Position numbers and translations under genes: made by a program. From positions 32,001-96,000 of the forward strand of contig JBFLZG010000130.1 of assembly GCA_040756235.1 (NCBI GenBank): DNA of 64,000 nt, written 5' to 3'. Source of the DNA: a bacterium (lineage in GTDB: Bacteria; Desulfobacterota; DSWW01). This document shows positions 1-9,070 of this stretch, one piece after another. Position 1 is the first letter of the stretch. The number at the start of each line of letters is the position of its first letter. The notes beneath the pieces are model-generated. The model did no database searches and was not told where the DNA came from. It saw only the letters and a program-made list of their open reading frames with translations.

Positions 1-114
1 CAAAGAAGAACGGTTCAGCGGGCGAGCTGGATCGCCGCGGCACGGCGGGAGAGGCTGGATGGGGGGCTCGGTCTGTCACGGGAGCTAAATCAGAGCCTTT
101 CCCATGCCCGATTC

Positions 115-263
115 AGAGGCTGTTCAAGAATGCCCAGATGCCAGGCGCACGGAACGAAGCGTACATGGGATGCACAGTGGACCCCGGCCTTCGCCGGGGC
201 AGGCTCCCCCCCCACTTTCCCCATGAGTGCAACGCCGCAGATGGGCGTTTTGGGACAGCCTCT
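115..263. mobile_element. MITE-like repeat, subtype A, full copy
   Basis: Imperfect terminal inverted repeats AGAGGCTGTTCAAGAATGCCCAGATGC / GCAGATGGGCGTTTTGGGACAGCCTCT; internal hairpin CCCCGGC-CTTC-GCCGGGG; recurs across the window; right end overlaps the panD stop TAG. Confidence 0.75.
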
Positions 264-657
264 ACATCAGCATGTTCATGACGCGCAAGGTCCGCACCGG
301 AGGTTCGAGACCGACGGGTTGGTTCTTCTCGTCCACGAGCACGACTTTGGGTTTGTGGCGGTGCACCTCCGACTCGTGCACCCAGGCGAAATGGGCGATG
401 ATGACGAGGTCTCCCGGGGACGCCTTGTGGGCCGCGGCGCCGTTGATACAGACCACGCCCGACCCTTTCGGCGCTTCCATGGCATAGGTGGAGAAACGAT
501 TTCCGTTGGTGATGTTCCACACCTCGACTTGCTCGAACTCGAGGATCCCGGCGGCCTCCATGAGGTTTTCGTCGATCGAGATGCTCCCCTGGTAAGCCAG
601 GTTGGCCTCGGTCACGGTTGCCCTGTGGATCTTGCCGATCAACATCTTGCGCTGCAT
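262..657 (-). CDS. panD: Aspartate 1-decarboxylase
   Basis: [21 protein letters not shown] self-cleavage site, [16 protein letters not shown]; downstream of panC. Confidence 0.97.
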   Translation of the reverse strand: MQRKMLIGKIHRATVTEANLAYQGSISIDENLMEAAGILEFEQVEVWNITNGNRFSTYAMEAPKGSGVVCINGAAAHKASPGDLVIIAHFAWVHESEVHRHKPKVVLVDEKNQPVGLEPPVRTLRVMNMLM

Positions 658-778
658 GAGCCTCTCCTCATGGTGCCCGTGAATCTCTCCGAGCCGTCAA
701 GCGGCTCCCCCCCTTCCCGATATATCCCACCGCCGACAGGGCGGCACGAGTACGTCGCCGCACTCGCTCATTCGTGGT

Positions 779-1648
779 TCAAAGTCTTCCTTCTTGAGAG
801 CGCACGGAAAAGAGCTCGTTGTCAATGAGACGCGTCCGTCCCACGTAAGCAGCGATCGCCAGCACCGAGCGGTCTTCGATCCGATCGACTCCCTCCAGGG
901 TCTCCGCATCGCAGAGGCTGACATAGTCGATTCGCACCGAGGGCCCGCCGGCGGACAGGATCTCCCGCACTCTGGCGGTGATGGCCCTCGAGCTCCTCTC
1001 GCCGGAAAGGAACAGGGTCCTGGCCTCATCCAGGGACCGTCTCAACGAGAGGGCCTGCTTTCGTTCTTCCGCGTCGAGATAGGTATTCCGGGAGCTCATG
1101 GCAAGCCCGTCAGGCTCCCGCACGATCGGACAGCCGACGACCTCGACGTCCATGTCGAGGTCCCGGACCATCCTCCGGACGACCACGACCTGCTGGTAGT
1201 CCTTGTTGCCGAAGAGCGCGATGTGCGGTTTCACGATGTGGAAGAGCTTCGCCACCACGGTGGCCACTCCGCGAAAGTGGTGGGGCCGGGAGATGCCGCA
1301 AAGGTGCTTCGTGACCTGCTCGACGGTCACGTACGTTTGAAATCCGCTCGGGTACATGTCCTCCGCGGTCGGATGAAACACGAAGTCGACCGCGGCGTCC
1401 TCCATCATCCTGCAGTCGCGGTCGAAGTCGCGCGGATAGGCGGAGAGATCTTCCTTGGGGCCGAACTGGGTGGGATTCACGAACACCGAGGCCACGGAAA
1501 CATCGGCCCTGCTCCTGCCTTCCCGCATCAGCGAGAGGTGTCCCTCGTGCAGGTACCCCATGGTGGGAACCAAGGCGATCCGTTTTCCCGACCCTCGCAG
1601 CTCTTCGGACAAGGCCTGCATCTCGCGTGGCGGCCGGACGACTCTCAT
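779..1648 (-). CDS. panC: Pantoate--beta-alanine ligase
   Basis: VPTMGYLHEGHLSL, SVFVNPTQF, RPHHFRGVATVV, FGNKDYQQ, REPDGLAMSSRN; start trimmed to MRVVR. Confidence 0.97.
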   Translation of the reverse strand: MRVVRPPREMQALSEELRGSGKRIALVPTMGYLHEGHLSLMREGRSRADVSVASVFVNPTQFGPKEDLSAYPRDFDRDCRMMEDAAVDFVFHPTAEDMYPSGFQTYVTVEQVTKHLCGISRPHHFRGVATVVAKLFHIVKPHIALFGNKDYQQVVVVRRMVRDLDMDVEVVGCPIVREPDGLAMSSRNTYLDAEERKQALSLRRSLDEARTLFLSGERSSRAITARVREILSAGGPSVRIDYVSLCDAETLEGVDRIEDRSVLAIAAYVGRTRLIDNELFSVRSQEGRL

Positions 1649-1852
1649 ATGGGCAGCCTCGCTCTGCGCGGCGGCAAAGACACGACAGCCTGCCGGGCAG
1701 GGCTGGGGCGCAGAGAAGGTGTTCCGTGACAGCGAAAGAAGTCGGCCGTGTATACGGGGGTGCAATAGGGAAGGACTGCCGACGGTCGCCGGGTCTCGCC
1801 AGATGGGGCCGGGCCCCGGGAAGCAGGTTCCGCTCGGGTGTGCATCTTGTCA

Positions 1853-1900
1853 TTCGTCCCGGTCCGATCGCGCGGATCCAGGCGGTCAGGAGCTCTCAGC
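1853..1900 (-). ncRNA. Probable pan RNA motif (pantothenate-gene leader)
   Basis: Minus strand GCUGAGAGCUCCUGACCGCCUGGAUCCGCGCGAUCGGACCGGGACG resembles my recollection of the pan motif; lies between a TTGACA box (1993-1998, minus) and panC. Confidence 0.6.
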
Positions 1901-2014
1901 CGGAAAAGCGCCGGCTGCCCGCGTCAGGTGCGAATGCAGGTGTGCCGGTTTCCTGCTTCGCTCACAAGATTTTGTTCTATTTCACCCGCGTTTGTCAACA
2001 CCCGCCGCCTTCGC

Positions 2015-2054
2015 CATGAGCGCAACGCCGCAGATGGCCGTTTATCGCCGGCCT
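2015..2054. repeat. MITE right-end fragment
   Basis: CATGAGCGCAACGCCGCAGATGGCCGTTTATCG matches the right end of 115-263; abuts the dnk stop. Confidence 0.7.
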
Positions 2055-2708
2055 TCAGGACAGCGGATCCACGTCCGGCCCGATGGTTAGGTACCTGACT
2101 CCTTTATCGGCGTTCTGGATCTCCCGGATGAGGTTCTTCAGGTCCGCGTCCCGCTTCACGAAGTCGATGGAGGACGTGTTCACCACCAGGAGCGGGGTTT
2201 CGTTGTACTGGAAGAAGAAGTTGGCGTACGCCTGGCTGACCTTTTCCACGTATTCGGGGTCGATCTCCTTCTCGTACCAGACGGCACGCTTCCGTATCCG
2301 TTTGAGCAGCACCGAGACCGGTGCCTGCAGATAGATGACGAGATCGGGTTTGACGACGCGCTGATCCAGGAGCTGGTAGATCCACTCGTACAGGGCCCTC
2401 TCGTCCTCGCTGAGGTTGAGCGAGGCGAAGATCCGGTCCTTGCCGAAGAGATAGTCGCAAAGCAGGCCCTGGCGGAAAAGGTCGCCCTGAAGGATCTCCT
2501 GCTGTTGCTGATACCTCGTGAGAAGGAAGAAGAGTTGTGTCTGGAAGGCATGCTTTTCGCGGTCCTTGTAAAATTTCCCGAGAAAAGGATTTTCCTCCAC
2601 CCTTTCGAAGATGGTGTGTGAAGAGAACGTTTCGGCCAGGAGCCTCACCAGGCTGGTCTTGCCCACCCCGATAGGCCCTTCCACCACGATGTAGCGGCCT
2701 TCGCCCAT
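2055..2708 (-). CDS. Deoxynucleoside kinase
   Basis: YIVVEGPIGVGKT P-loop, ENPFL.KFY, AFQTQLFFL, PDLVIYLQA; RBS GAGGAG before ATG 2708. Confidence 0.93.
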   Translation of the reverse strand: MGEGRYIVVEGPIGVGKTSLVRLLAETFSSHTIFERVEENPFLGKFYKDREKHAFQTQLFFLLTRYQQQQEILQGDLFRQGLLCDYLFGKDRIFASLNLSEDERALYEWIYQLLDQRVVKPDLVIYLQAPVSVLLKRIRKRAVWYEKEIDPEYVEKVSQAYANFFFQYNETPLLVVNTSSIDFVKRDADLKNLIREIQNADKGVRYLTIGPDVDPLS

Positions 2709-2724
2709 GCCGTGCTCCTCTGCT

Positions 2725-2926
2725 GAGGCTGTCGATAGACGGCCATCTGCGGCGCCTGTTGCGAGCGGAGCGAAGCAATCCCCCGTACACAGCAGTGCGG
2801 CGGTCAGTTGTAGCCGGGGGTTTCCTGGTCGCTCTCGCTCCTCGGAACAGGCCTCAGGATGTCGCGCGCCTTGCATCTGGCCATTTCTCACCAGCCTCTC
2901 CAGAGGGTGTCTTTCGACACCCTCTG
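2725..2926. mobile_element. MITE-like repeat, subtype B, with outer palindrome
   Basis: Same terminal repeats; core TTGCGAGCGGAGCGAAGCAATC and CCTCGGAACAGGCCTC shared with the 11717 and 13757 copies; palindrome CAGAGGGTGTC-TTTC-GACACCCTCTG at 2901-2926. Confidence 0.75.
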
Positions 2927-3037
2927 CTGAGCGGGTCCCGGTCGTTTCCCGAGGCGCCACCACACGACTCCCCGGGCGCGAGCCCCAGGATCAGGCACCG
3001 CATTATGGGAAAAAATACCGGGCTTGTCCATTTCTTT

Positions 3038-3895
3038 TCAGGGCCGGGTGAGCAGCGGGTCAGCGGCCAGCGCCAGCTCGACGAACTCCTCGAGGGTGAG
3101 CGTCTCGGCCCTGCAGGACGGGTCGAGGCCGCATCCGCGCAACATGGCCAGGAGCACCGGGTCCGGTGGAGCCGGTGCGAGCGCAAGCCGGAGGGAATTG
3201 TAGAGCGTCTTCCTGCGCGCAGCGAAAGCGGCTTTGACGATCTTGCGAAAGGTTGCCTCCTGTCCTCGGGTGAGGACCCGGACGTCCCGGTTCGGCAGAA
3301 AGCGCACCACTGCGGAATCCACCTTGGGGACCGGATGGAAGCAGTGTCTGGAGACGCGGTATTCGAGGGCGGTCCGGAAGTACATGCGGCTGAGCACGGT
3401 CAGGGCTCCGTAGTCCTTGGTGCCGGGGGAGGCGGTCAGGCGCTGGGCCACCTCCTTCTGCAGCATCAGCACGAGCATGGAGAAAGCCTCGTGTTGGTCC
3501 AGGAGGGAGAAGAGCAGGGGGGAAGAGACGGAGTAGGGCAGGTTGGCGATGACCTTCAACGGGGTCCCCAGCCGCGCCGAAACCCTGCGATAGTCGAACC
3601 GAAGGGCGTCCATGCAGACGAGGAGAAAGCCGGAGCCCCCCGGGATGGCGGCGCGCAGATAACCGGCAAGGCGGCGGTCGATCTCGATGGCGAGGAGCCG
3701 ACGGACCCTGGGGAGGATCTCCCGGGTCAGCGCGCCCGGCCCCGGGCCGATCTCGATGACCGTGTCCTCGGGGCCGAGCTCGGCCAAGCCGAGGATCTTC
3801 TCCAGGACCCCTCTTTCGATGAGGAAGACCTGACTCAGCGAGCGTTTCGGTCCGCCTCCGTAGTCCCGGACATATTCCTTGAGCGTCTTCTTCAT
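3038..3895 (-). CDS. rsmA: 16S rRNA adenine dimethyltransferase
   Basis: PKRSLSQVFL, IEIGPGPGALT, ANLPYSVSSP, MLQKEVAQRL, FHPVPKVDSAVV, AFAARRKTL. Confidence 0.96.
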   Translation of the reverse strand: MKKTLKEYVRDYGGGPKRSLSQVFLIERGVLEKILGLAELGPEDTVIEIGPGPGALTREILPRVRRLLAIEIDRRLAGYLRAAIPGGSGFLLVCMDALRFDYRRVSARLGTPLKVIANLPYSVSSPLLFSLLDQHEAFSMLVLMLQKEVAQRLTASPGTKDYGALTVLSRMYFRTALEYRVSRHCFHPVPKVDSAVVRFLPNRDVRVLTRGQEATFRKIVKAAFAARRKTLYNSLRLALAPAPPDPVLLAMLRGCGLDPSCRAETLTLEEFVELALAADPLLTRP

Positions 3896-3922
3896 TTCTC
3901 TCTGCCATCGTAACCGAGAGGC

Positions 3923-4924
3923 TCACAGAGAGAGATCGGCGTCCACGTTGAGGGTCAGAGGGGCGGATCGGCCCTCCAGCAGGTGCCGGTAGCCCGCGGC
4001 CGCGATCATGGCCGCGTTGTCCGAGCAGAGAAAAGGGGAGGGGATGTGGATCGGGACGCCTTCCCGGCTGCCCATCTCGAGGAGCCTGGACCTCAAACGG
4101 CTGTTGCATGCTACACCGCCCGACAAGACGGCCCGGCGGATGCCGGTCCGTTCGATCGCTTGAGACAGCTTGGTCAGCAGAGTCTGGACAACCGCCTCCT
4201 GAAAGGAAGCGGCTATGTCCGAGAGGTGCTGCCGCACGAACGCTTCTCCCTGGCGGCGCACGAAATAGAGGACGGAAGTCTTGAGACCGCTGAAGCTGAA
4301 GTCCAGCGTGTCGGGCGAGGCGAGGGCGCGGGGGAAGGAGAAAGAGAGCGGGTCGCCGTCCGCGGCCAGCCGGTCGATGACGATTCCTCCCGGATAGCCC
4401 AGGCCGAGGAGCTTGGCGGTCTTGTCGAAGGCTTCCCCGGCCGCATCGTCCCGGGTCTGTCCGAGGAGCCGATAACGGCCGAAGCCCGTCACCTCGTAGA
4501 GACTCGTGTGGCCTCCGGAAACGATGAGGCCGATGAAGGGAAACCGGGGGGCGGGGTCCTCGAGGAAGGACGCCAGGAGATGGCCCTCGAGGTGGTTGAC
4601 GCCGCAGAGCGGAACGTTCAGGACGAAGGCAATGGCCTTGGCGGCGCACAAGCCCACGAGCAGAGAGCCGACCAGCCCGGGGCCGCGGGTCACGGCGACC
4701 CCATCCAGCCCGCTCCACGAGGTACCGGCCTTCTCCAGGGCCGCATCCACGACCGGGACGATCTTTTCCAGGTGGTTGCGGCTCGCCAGCTCCGGGACGA
4801 CGCCGCCGAAGGGGCGGTGCGTCTCGATCTGGGAATGAAGCACGTGCGACAGGATGCGGCTGCCGTCCTCCAGCACGGCGGCGGCGCAATCGTCGCAGGA
4901 GCTCTCGATCCCGAGGATGCGCAT
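3923..4924 (-). CDS. tsaD: tRNA N6-adenosine threonylcarbamoyltransferase
   Basis: ILGIESSCDD, GGVVPELASRNH, NHLEGH, VSGGHT, TRDDAAGEAFDK, FSFSGLKT, DNAAMIA. Confidence 0.97.
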   Translation of the reverse strand: MRILGIESSCDDCAAAVLEDGSRILSHVLHSQIETHRPFGGVVPELASRNHLEKIVPVVDAALEKAGTSWSGLDGVAVTRGPGLVGSLLVGLCAAKAIAFVLNVPLCGVNHLEGHLLASFLEDPAPRFPFIGLIVSGGHTSLYEVTGFGRYRLLGQTRDDAAGEAFDKTAKLLGLGYPGGIVIDRLAADGDPLSFSFPRALASPDTLDFSFSGLKTSVLYFVRRQGEAFVRQHLSDIAASFQEAVVQTLLTKLSQAIERTGIRRAVLSGGVACNSRLRSRLLEMGSREGVPIHIPSPFLCSDNAAMIAAAGYRHLLEGRSAPLTLNVDADLSL

Positions 4925-5209
4925 GTCTTTCTCCATTCCATGAACGCGCGCGGCGCCGTCCGCCGGATCCGATCGCAGGAAACGGCCGCGGCCGCCCTCC
5001 GCCTGCTCTCGGCGCCGCGCGGATGAAGCCGGCGCAAGCAAGAGAATAGCACGGAAGAACGTCGACGTCAGGGCCCGAGCCCGGCGGCCGTAAGCGCCGT
5101 GCCCCGCCAGGTTGCCTGGCTCGCGTGGCTCCCTCTTCGTCTTGATTTGGCCGGGATGCTGTGTCAGTCTAACCGCACACCGACTTCACTCTCGAACAGG
5201 AGCGGAACC

Positions 5210-6349
5210 ATGTGTAAGACGGGATCCACGGCTCTCGTGTCCCTTTTGTTTTTGGCCCTCCTCTGGGGCTGTGCGCAGGAGGGGACGCCGCCCGCGGGGA
5301 TTTCCCAGGCAAAGGCGGGTCAGCCGGCCCTTGCGGAAGAGGCCGGCCCTGAGAGTGCCACGGAAAGCTCGGGCGAGCACGCGAGCATTCGGTTCGAGCA
5401 GACGGCATTCGACTTCGGGGAAGCCGAGCCGGGCAAGAACATCGAGCACGTCTATCCGTTCAAGAACGTCGGGAACGCAACGCTGGTCATCGAGAAGGTC
5501 GAAAGCTCCTGAGGCTGCACGGGCGCTTTGGTCACGGCCAAAGACGTGCCCCCGGGCGGGGCAGGAGAAATCAAGGCGACGTTCAAGACAAAAGGGTTTC
5601 AGGGGGGCTCCGTGGCGAAGACCATCACGGTGGCAACGAATGATCCGCAGAACCGGCAGGTCCGCTTGAGCTTGACCGGGAAGGTGATCACCGATGTCAC
5701 GGTCGAGCCCCGGAGTCTCTACTTCGGTATCGTCGGAAGGGACGCTCCGCGCCAGCCGATCACGCTGCGGATCTCCCTTCGTCCGATCGAAGGCCTGCGG
5801 ATCACCGAAGTGAAATCCGAGAGCGACGCTTTCGTGTTGACGGTGCTGAGGGAAGACCCGGACAAGAAGGAGTACCTGTATTCGGTTGCTCTTATGGGGA
5901 GACCGCCAGTGGGGAAGCTGGCAGGAAGAATCGTGGTCCGGACGACCAGCAAGTCCATGCCGGAAGTCCAGATCGGGGCTCACGCATTGATCCAGGGAGA
6001 TGTCTCGGCTTCGCCGCGGGCGCTTTCCATGGGCGCCGTGCGGCCGGGCGAGCCGGCGACCCGGGAGCTGATCTTGATGAAGACGGGTTCTATGCCGTTC
6101 ACGGTCGAGAAGATCCTGCCGACGACTCCCACCCTCTCCGCCTCGGTCTTGGCGGAGAAGCCGGGCGAACGCTACCGGGTGCTGGTCACCTATGATCCCA
6201 AGAAGAGGGCGGAGGGGAGGATCTCCGAGAGGCTCACGATCTACGTGAAGACACAAAGTGAGGAGATCCTGGAGATCCCGGTCTACGGGACGTTCAAGCC
6301 GGAGCCCGCGCCCGGCGCCGGCCCTGCGCATGAACCCGGGGGTCGGTGA
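5210..6349 (+). CDS. DUF1573/Ig-like repeat lipoprotein with in-frame UGA (5510-5512), candidate selenoprotein, 379 aa
   Basis: RBS AGGAG; signal ending LWG-C; FDFGE..HVYPFKNVGNATLVIEKVESS[UGA]GCTG..VPPGGAGEIKATF..KTITVATNDP is a DUF1573-type domain; ORFs 5099..5512 and 5528..6349 share one frame. Confidence 0.8.
5517..5551 (+). promoter_or_regulatory. SECIS-like hairpin 3' of the UGA
   Basis: CUUUGGU (5526-32) pairs with GCCAAAG (5537-43) around a CACG loop; GGGCG (5521-25) can pair with UGCCC (5547-51); GGUC at +21..+24 counting the U of UGA as +1. Confidence 0.55.
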
Positions 6350-6356
6350 GTCCATT

Positions 6357-6380
6357 GTAGGGGCGCTGCTCGCTGCGCCC
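6357..6380 (+). repeat. GTAG-type REP-like palindrome
   Basis: GTAGGGGCG...CGCCC between convergent genes. Confidence 0.5.
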
Positions 6381-6395
6381 GCGCCGCCGGATCCG

Positions 6396-6435
6396 ATGAG
6401 CGCAACGCCGCAGATGGCCGTTTATCGACAGCCTC
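6396..6435. repeat. MITE right-end fragment
   Basis: ATGAGCGCAACGCCGCAGATGGCCGTTTATCGACAGCCTC; abuts the stop of the NIL-ferredoxin gene. Confidence 0.7.
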
Positions 6436-6855
6436 TCAGAGGGCTTCGTTCACGCGCAGCTGCATCGCCCGGGTCGGGCATCCTTTGATGCACCAGGAGC
6501 AGGCGATGCACAGGGCGGGATCGAACTGCACGCGCATGGAAGGGCGGTCCATGAACAGGGCGTGGGTGGGGCAAAGACCCGTGCATGCCCCGCACTGCAC
6601 GCAGAGCTTCTCGTCCCGGGTGATCCCCCTCTCGATCGGCTCCACCTGCACGCCGCACCGTTTCAGGTACTGAATCCCCTTCTGGCAGCTCTCCTCGTCG
6701 CCGACGATCTCCAGGACCATCCTGCCTTCCTGGCGGGGCAGGATGAAAGCCTTGAGAATGTTGAAGGTGAGCCCGTAATCCGAAGCGAGCTTGCAGACGA
6801 TCGGCTGGTTCCAGGTCGACTCGCTGAAGCGAAGGACTTTGGTTTTGCTCGCCAC
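6436..6855 (-). CDS. NIL domain + 2x[4Fe-4S] ferredoxin (MA_1822-like homocysteine synthesis partner)
   Basis: QPIVCKLASDYGLTFNILKA (NIL) plus CVQCGACTGLCP and CIACSWCIKGCP; RBS GGAGG before GTG. Confidence 0.88.
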   Translation of the reverse strand: MASKTKVLRFSESTWNQPIVCKLASDYGLTFNILKAFILPRQEGRMVLEIVGDEESCQKGIQYLKRCGVQVEPIERGITRDEKLCVQCGACTGLCPTHALFMDRPSMRVQFDPALCIACSWCIKGCPTRAMQLRVNEAL

Positions 6856-6874
6856 GACGATCTCCTCCCGAACC

Positions 6875-7648
6875 TCAAGCCGTCGAGGATTCAAGCTGAA
6901 CGAGGTCCAGCGGCCCCCAGACCCCGATTCGGTCTCCGCAGACGATCATCACCGCCGTGAGCCCCGGGATTGCCTGAGCCCGCTCCAGGGCAGGCTCGAT
7001 CTCGTCCGGCGACGTCACCATGTTGCCCAGGCCCGTGGCGGCGGCGTCGGCCAGGGCAGCCGAGGGAGCCCATACCGTCACCGCATCGGCTCGCCCGAGG
7101 CTCAGGGAAGGGCCCACCGTTCCCGAGGAAGTGCAAAGGCCGCATGGAGTCGCCCCCGGCTCGATCCGCACGCCGATGCGCATGCTGAGAGATGAAGCGC
7201 CAGCGAACAGCCCCACCACGGCAGGCCGGCTCAGGGCCAGGTAAATGTCGCCCCCGTTCTCCACGATGACCTCCTCGGAGAAGGCGGCCAGGTCGCGGCC
7301 GATCTCCTCCGAAATCGCCCCGGCCACCGCTGCCATGGGGCCGACGGACGCCACGGCCGCGGCGCGCAGCATCTCCCGGACCACGGCCGGGGCCTCAGGG
7401 TCCGGAGCCAGGGGGACCCAGCTCGTTTCGAAGCCCGGCCGGCCGGCGATGTACTCTTCGATGGCCCGGCGACACCGCATCGCCGACTGCAGGGCCTCGT
7501 TCGAGAGGTCCCTGGCGGCCTTGATGTAAAGGTCGGTCTCTTTCCAGGCCACCGAGAAGGCGACGAATCGTTCCCCCGAGGAGAAATCCCGATAGCTCCG
7601 GTCTATGTAGTCCGACGTTTGATGTTGCCTCCGGGAGGAATCGGCCAC
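6875..7648 (-). CDS. UPF0280/COG2122 ApbE-like protein
   Basis: RSYR, KETDLYI, VGPMAAVAGAI, IVENGGDI, CTSSGTVGPSLSLGRADAV, ADAAAT..GN; start uncertain (GTG 7648 or ATG 7687). Confidence 0.88.
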   Translation of the reverse strand: MADSSRRQHQTSDYIDRSYRDFSSGERFVAFSVAWKETDLYIKAARDLSNEALQSAMRCRRAIEEYIAGRPGFETSWVPLAPDPEAPAVVREMLRAAAVASVGPMAAVAGAISEEIGRDLAAFSEEVIVENGGDIYLALSRPAVVGLFAGASSLSMRIGVRIEPGATPCGLCTSSGTVGPSLSLGRADAVTVWAPSAALADAAATGLGNMVTSPDEIEPALERAQAIPGLTAVMIVCGDRIGVWGPLDLVQLESSTA

Positions 7649-8817
7649 TGCGGCTCTCCGAGAAAGAACCGCTTCCCGCGAATCCATTCCTTCAGGGTTT
7701 CGGCGATCTCCACCGCCTTCGGATAGCTGGACAGGGGGGCGGTGGGGACCTCCTTGCCGCGGAACAGGATCTTGCCGCTCTTGAGCTCCGCGTACGTGAC
7801 CTCGCCCAGCGACTGCCCTGTTCCGAACGGGTAATCATGGCTGTATTCGATGATCTGCGTGACGATGTCTTGGTCCTTTACCGCGGTGAAGAACGCCATC
7901 TCCTCATCGAGAATCGGGATGGGAATACCCAGGCCCACGTACAGGGTCGCTCCATAACCCTGCAGGCTGGCCCCCACGAGCCATTCCGGTTTCATCTGCT
8001 TGAGGTCTCCGGTGACCGAGATCGTACCGGCCCCGGAGGTCGGGACCCCCTTTTCGTTGCGGTTCGGATTGGGGTTGTGTTGGGTCCCGAAAAACGTCAC
8101 GTACCCTTCTCCTCCGCCCAGGAAGATTCTGGTCCCGACGCCGATCGTGCGGAAATAAGGATCGTTCAGAAGGGGGCTGAGCTGGCCCGCGCTGCAGTAG
8201 CTCGCGTTGGCCGCATTGGGCTTGAGAATCCCCATGTAGGTGTAAATGGTTCGATCCGACAGGTTCACGGCGCAATTGTAGTTCTGGTATGCGTTGCGGG
8301 GATTGAAAAGGATCGCCTGCGGAACCGTCTTCAGACTGATCTTCTTCACCAGCTCCTTGCGGGGGTAACAGTCGGTCCCATAGCTCGTGGCCCGCAACTG
8401 GACTTCCTTGCCCGCGACCAGCTCGTGAATGACGTGGCCTCCGCCGTAGAAGAAGGAGCCCGGAAAGACCTTGTTCAGAGGATCTTCCTCGGGCAGCTCG
8501 GTTGCGCCCAGATAGACGTCCACGGCGGCGATGCCGGTGTAGGCGGGCACATTGTTCAGCCATGCCCGGTGGGCCCTGATCTTCGGGCTGGAGTGGCCGA
8601 AGTTCAGGAACATGCCCGAGGAGCACATGGGCCCGAAGGTCCCGGTCGTCACCACGTCCACTTCCCGCGCCGCCTGGGCGGCGCCCTTTTCCTCCACGAC
8701 CCGGACCATCTCCTCGGCGGTCAGCACGACCGCCTTGCCCTTCAGGATCTTCTGATTGATTTCCTGGTACGTTTTCTTTACCTTGGCTCCGCTCCGCTTC
8801 AGGGTCGGCGAGGGCAT
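7603..8817 (-). CDS. DUF39 homocysteine biosynthesis protein (MA_1821-like)
   Basis: KTYQEINQKI..AVVLTAEE, VDVVTTGTFGPMCSSG, AAVDVYLGATE, YGGGHVI, NPRNAYQNY, SAGQLSPLLNDP. Confidence 0.92.
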   Translation of the reverse strand: MPSPTLKRSGAKVKKTYQEINQKILKGKAVVLTAEEMVRVVEEKGAAQAAREVDVVTTGTFGPMCSSGMFLNFGHSSPKIRAHRAWLNNVPAYTGIAAVDVYLGATELPEEDPLNKVFPGSFFYGGGHVIHELVAGKEVQLRATSYGTDCYPRKELVKKISLKTVPQAILFNPRNAYQNYNCAVNLSDRTIYTYMGILKPNAANASYCSAGQLSPLLNDPYFRTIGVGTRIFLGGGEGYVTFFGTQHNPNPNRNEKGVPTSGAGTISVTGDLKQMKPEWLVGASLQGYGATLYVGLGIPIPILDEEMAFFTAVKDQDIVTQIIEYSHDYPFGTGQSLGEVTYAELKSGKILFRGKEVPTAPLSSYPKAVEIAETLKEWIRGKRFFLGEPQWPIPPGGNIKRRTT

Positions 8818-9001
8818 CGGAGGCTCCTTTCTGGGTACGGCGGACGGGAACGGCTTCGCTGCCTTGAGGGCGAAGCGACGTCTGGGCGGGCCGTCAGAAG
8901 CGCATACGCCGCGGCGCTATCGGCTGGACGAAGGCGGCGCACCGCTCCCCCCTTTCGAACTTTTTATTCGAGCACGTTCCCTCGGGCCGTGTCAATGCCT
9001 C

Positions 9002-9039
9002 GTAAGGGCAGGAGAGACAGGTTTGAAACCTGCCCCTAC
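9002..9039 (-). repeat. GTAG-type REP-like palindrome
   Basis: Minus strand GTAGGGGCAGGTTTCAAACCTGTC. Confidence 0.55.
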
Positions 9040-9070
9040 ACAGCCTGGCAACTCATCCTAGGTGAAGGCC

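Noticed and set aside
6436..6438. Other TGA stops as selenocysteine codons
   Set aside because: They fall at expected protein ends, with no conserved Cys position or continuing homologous frame
7603..7687. Possible non-canonical ACG start (7618) for the COG2122 gene
   Set aside because: An in-frame GTG at 7648 with GGAG upstream explains it more simply
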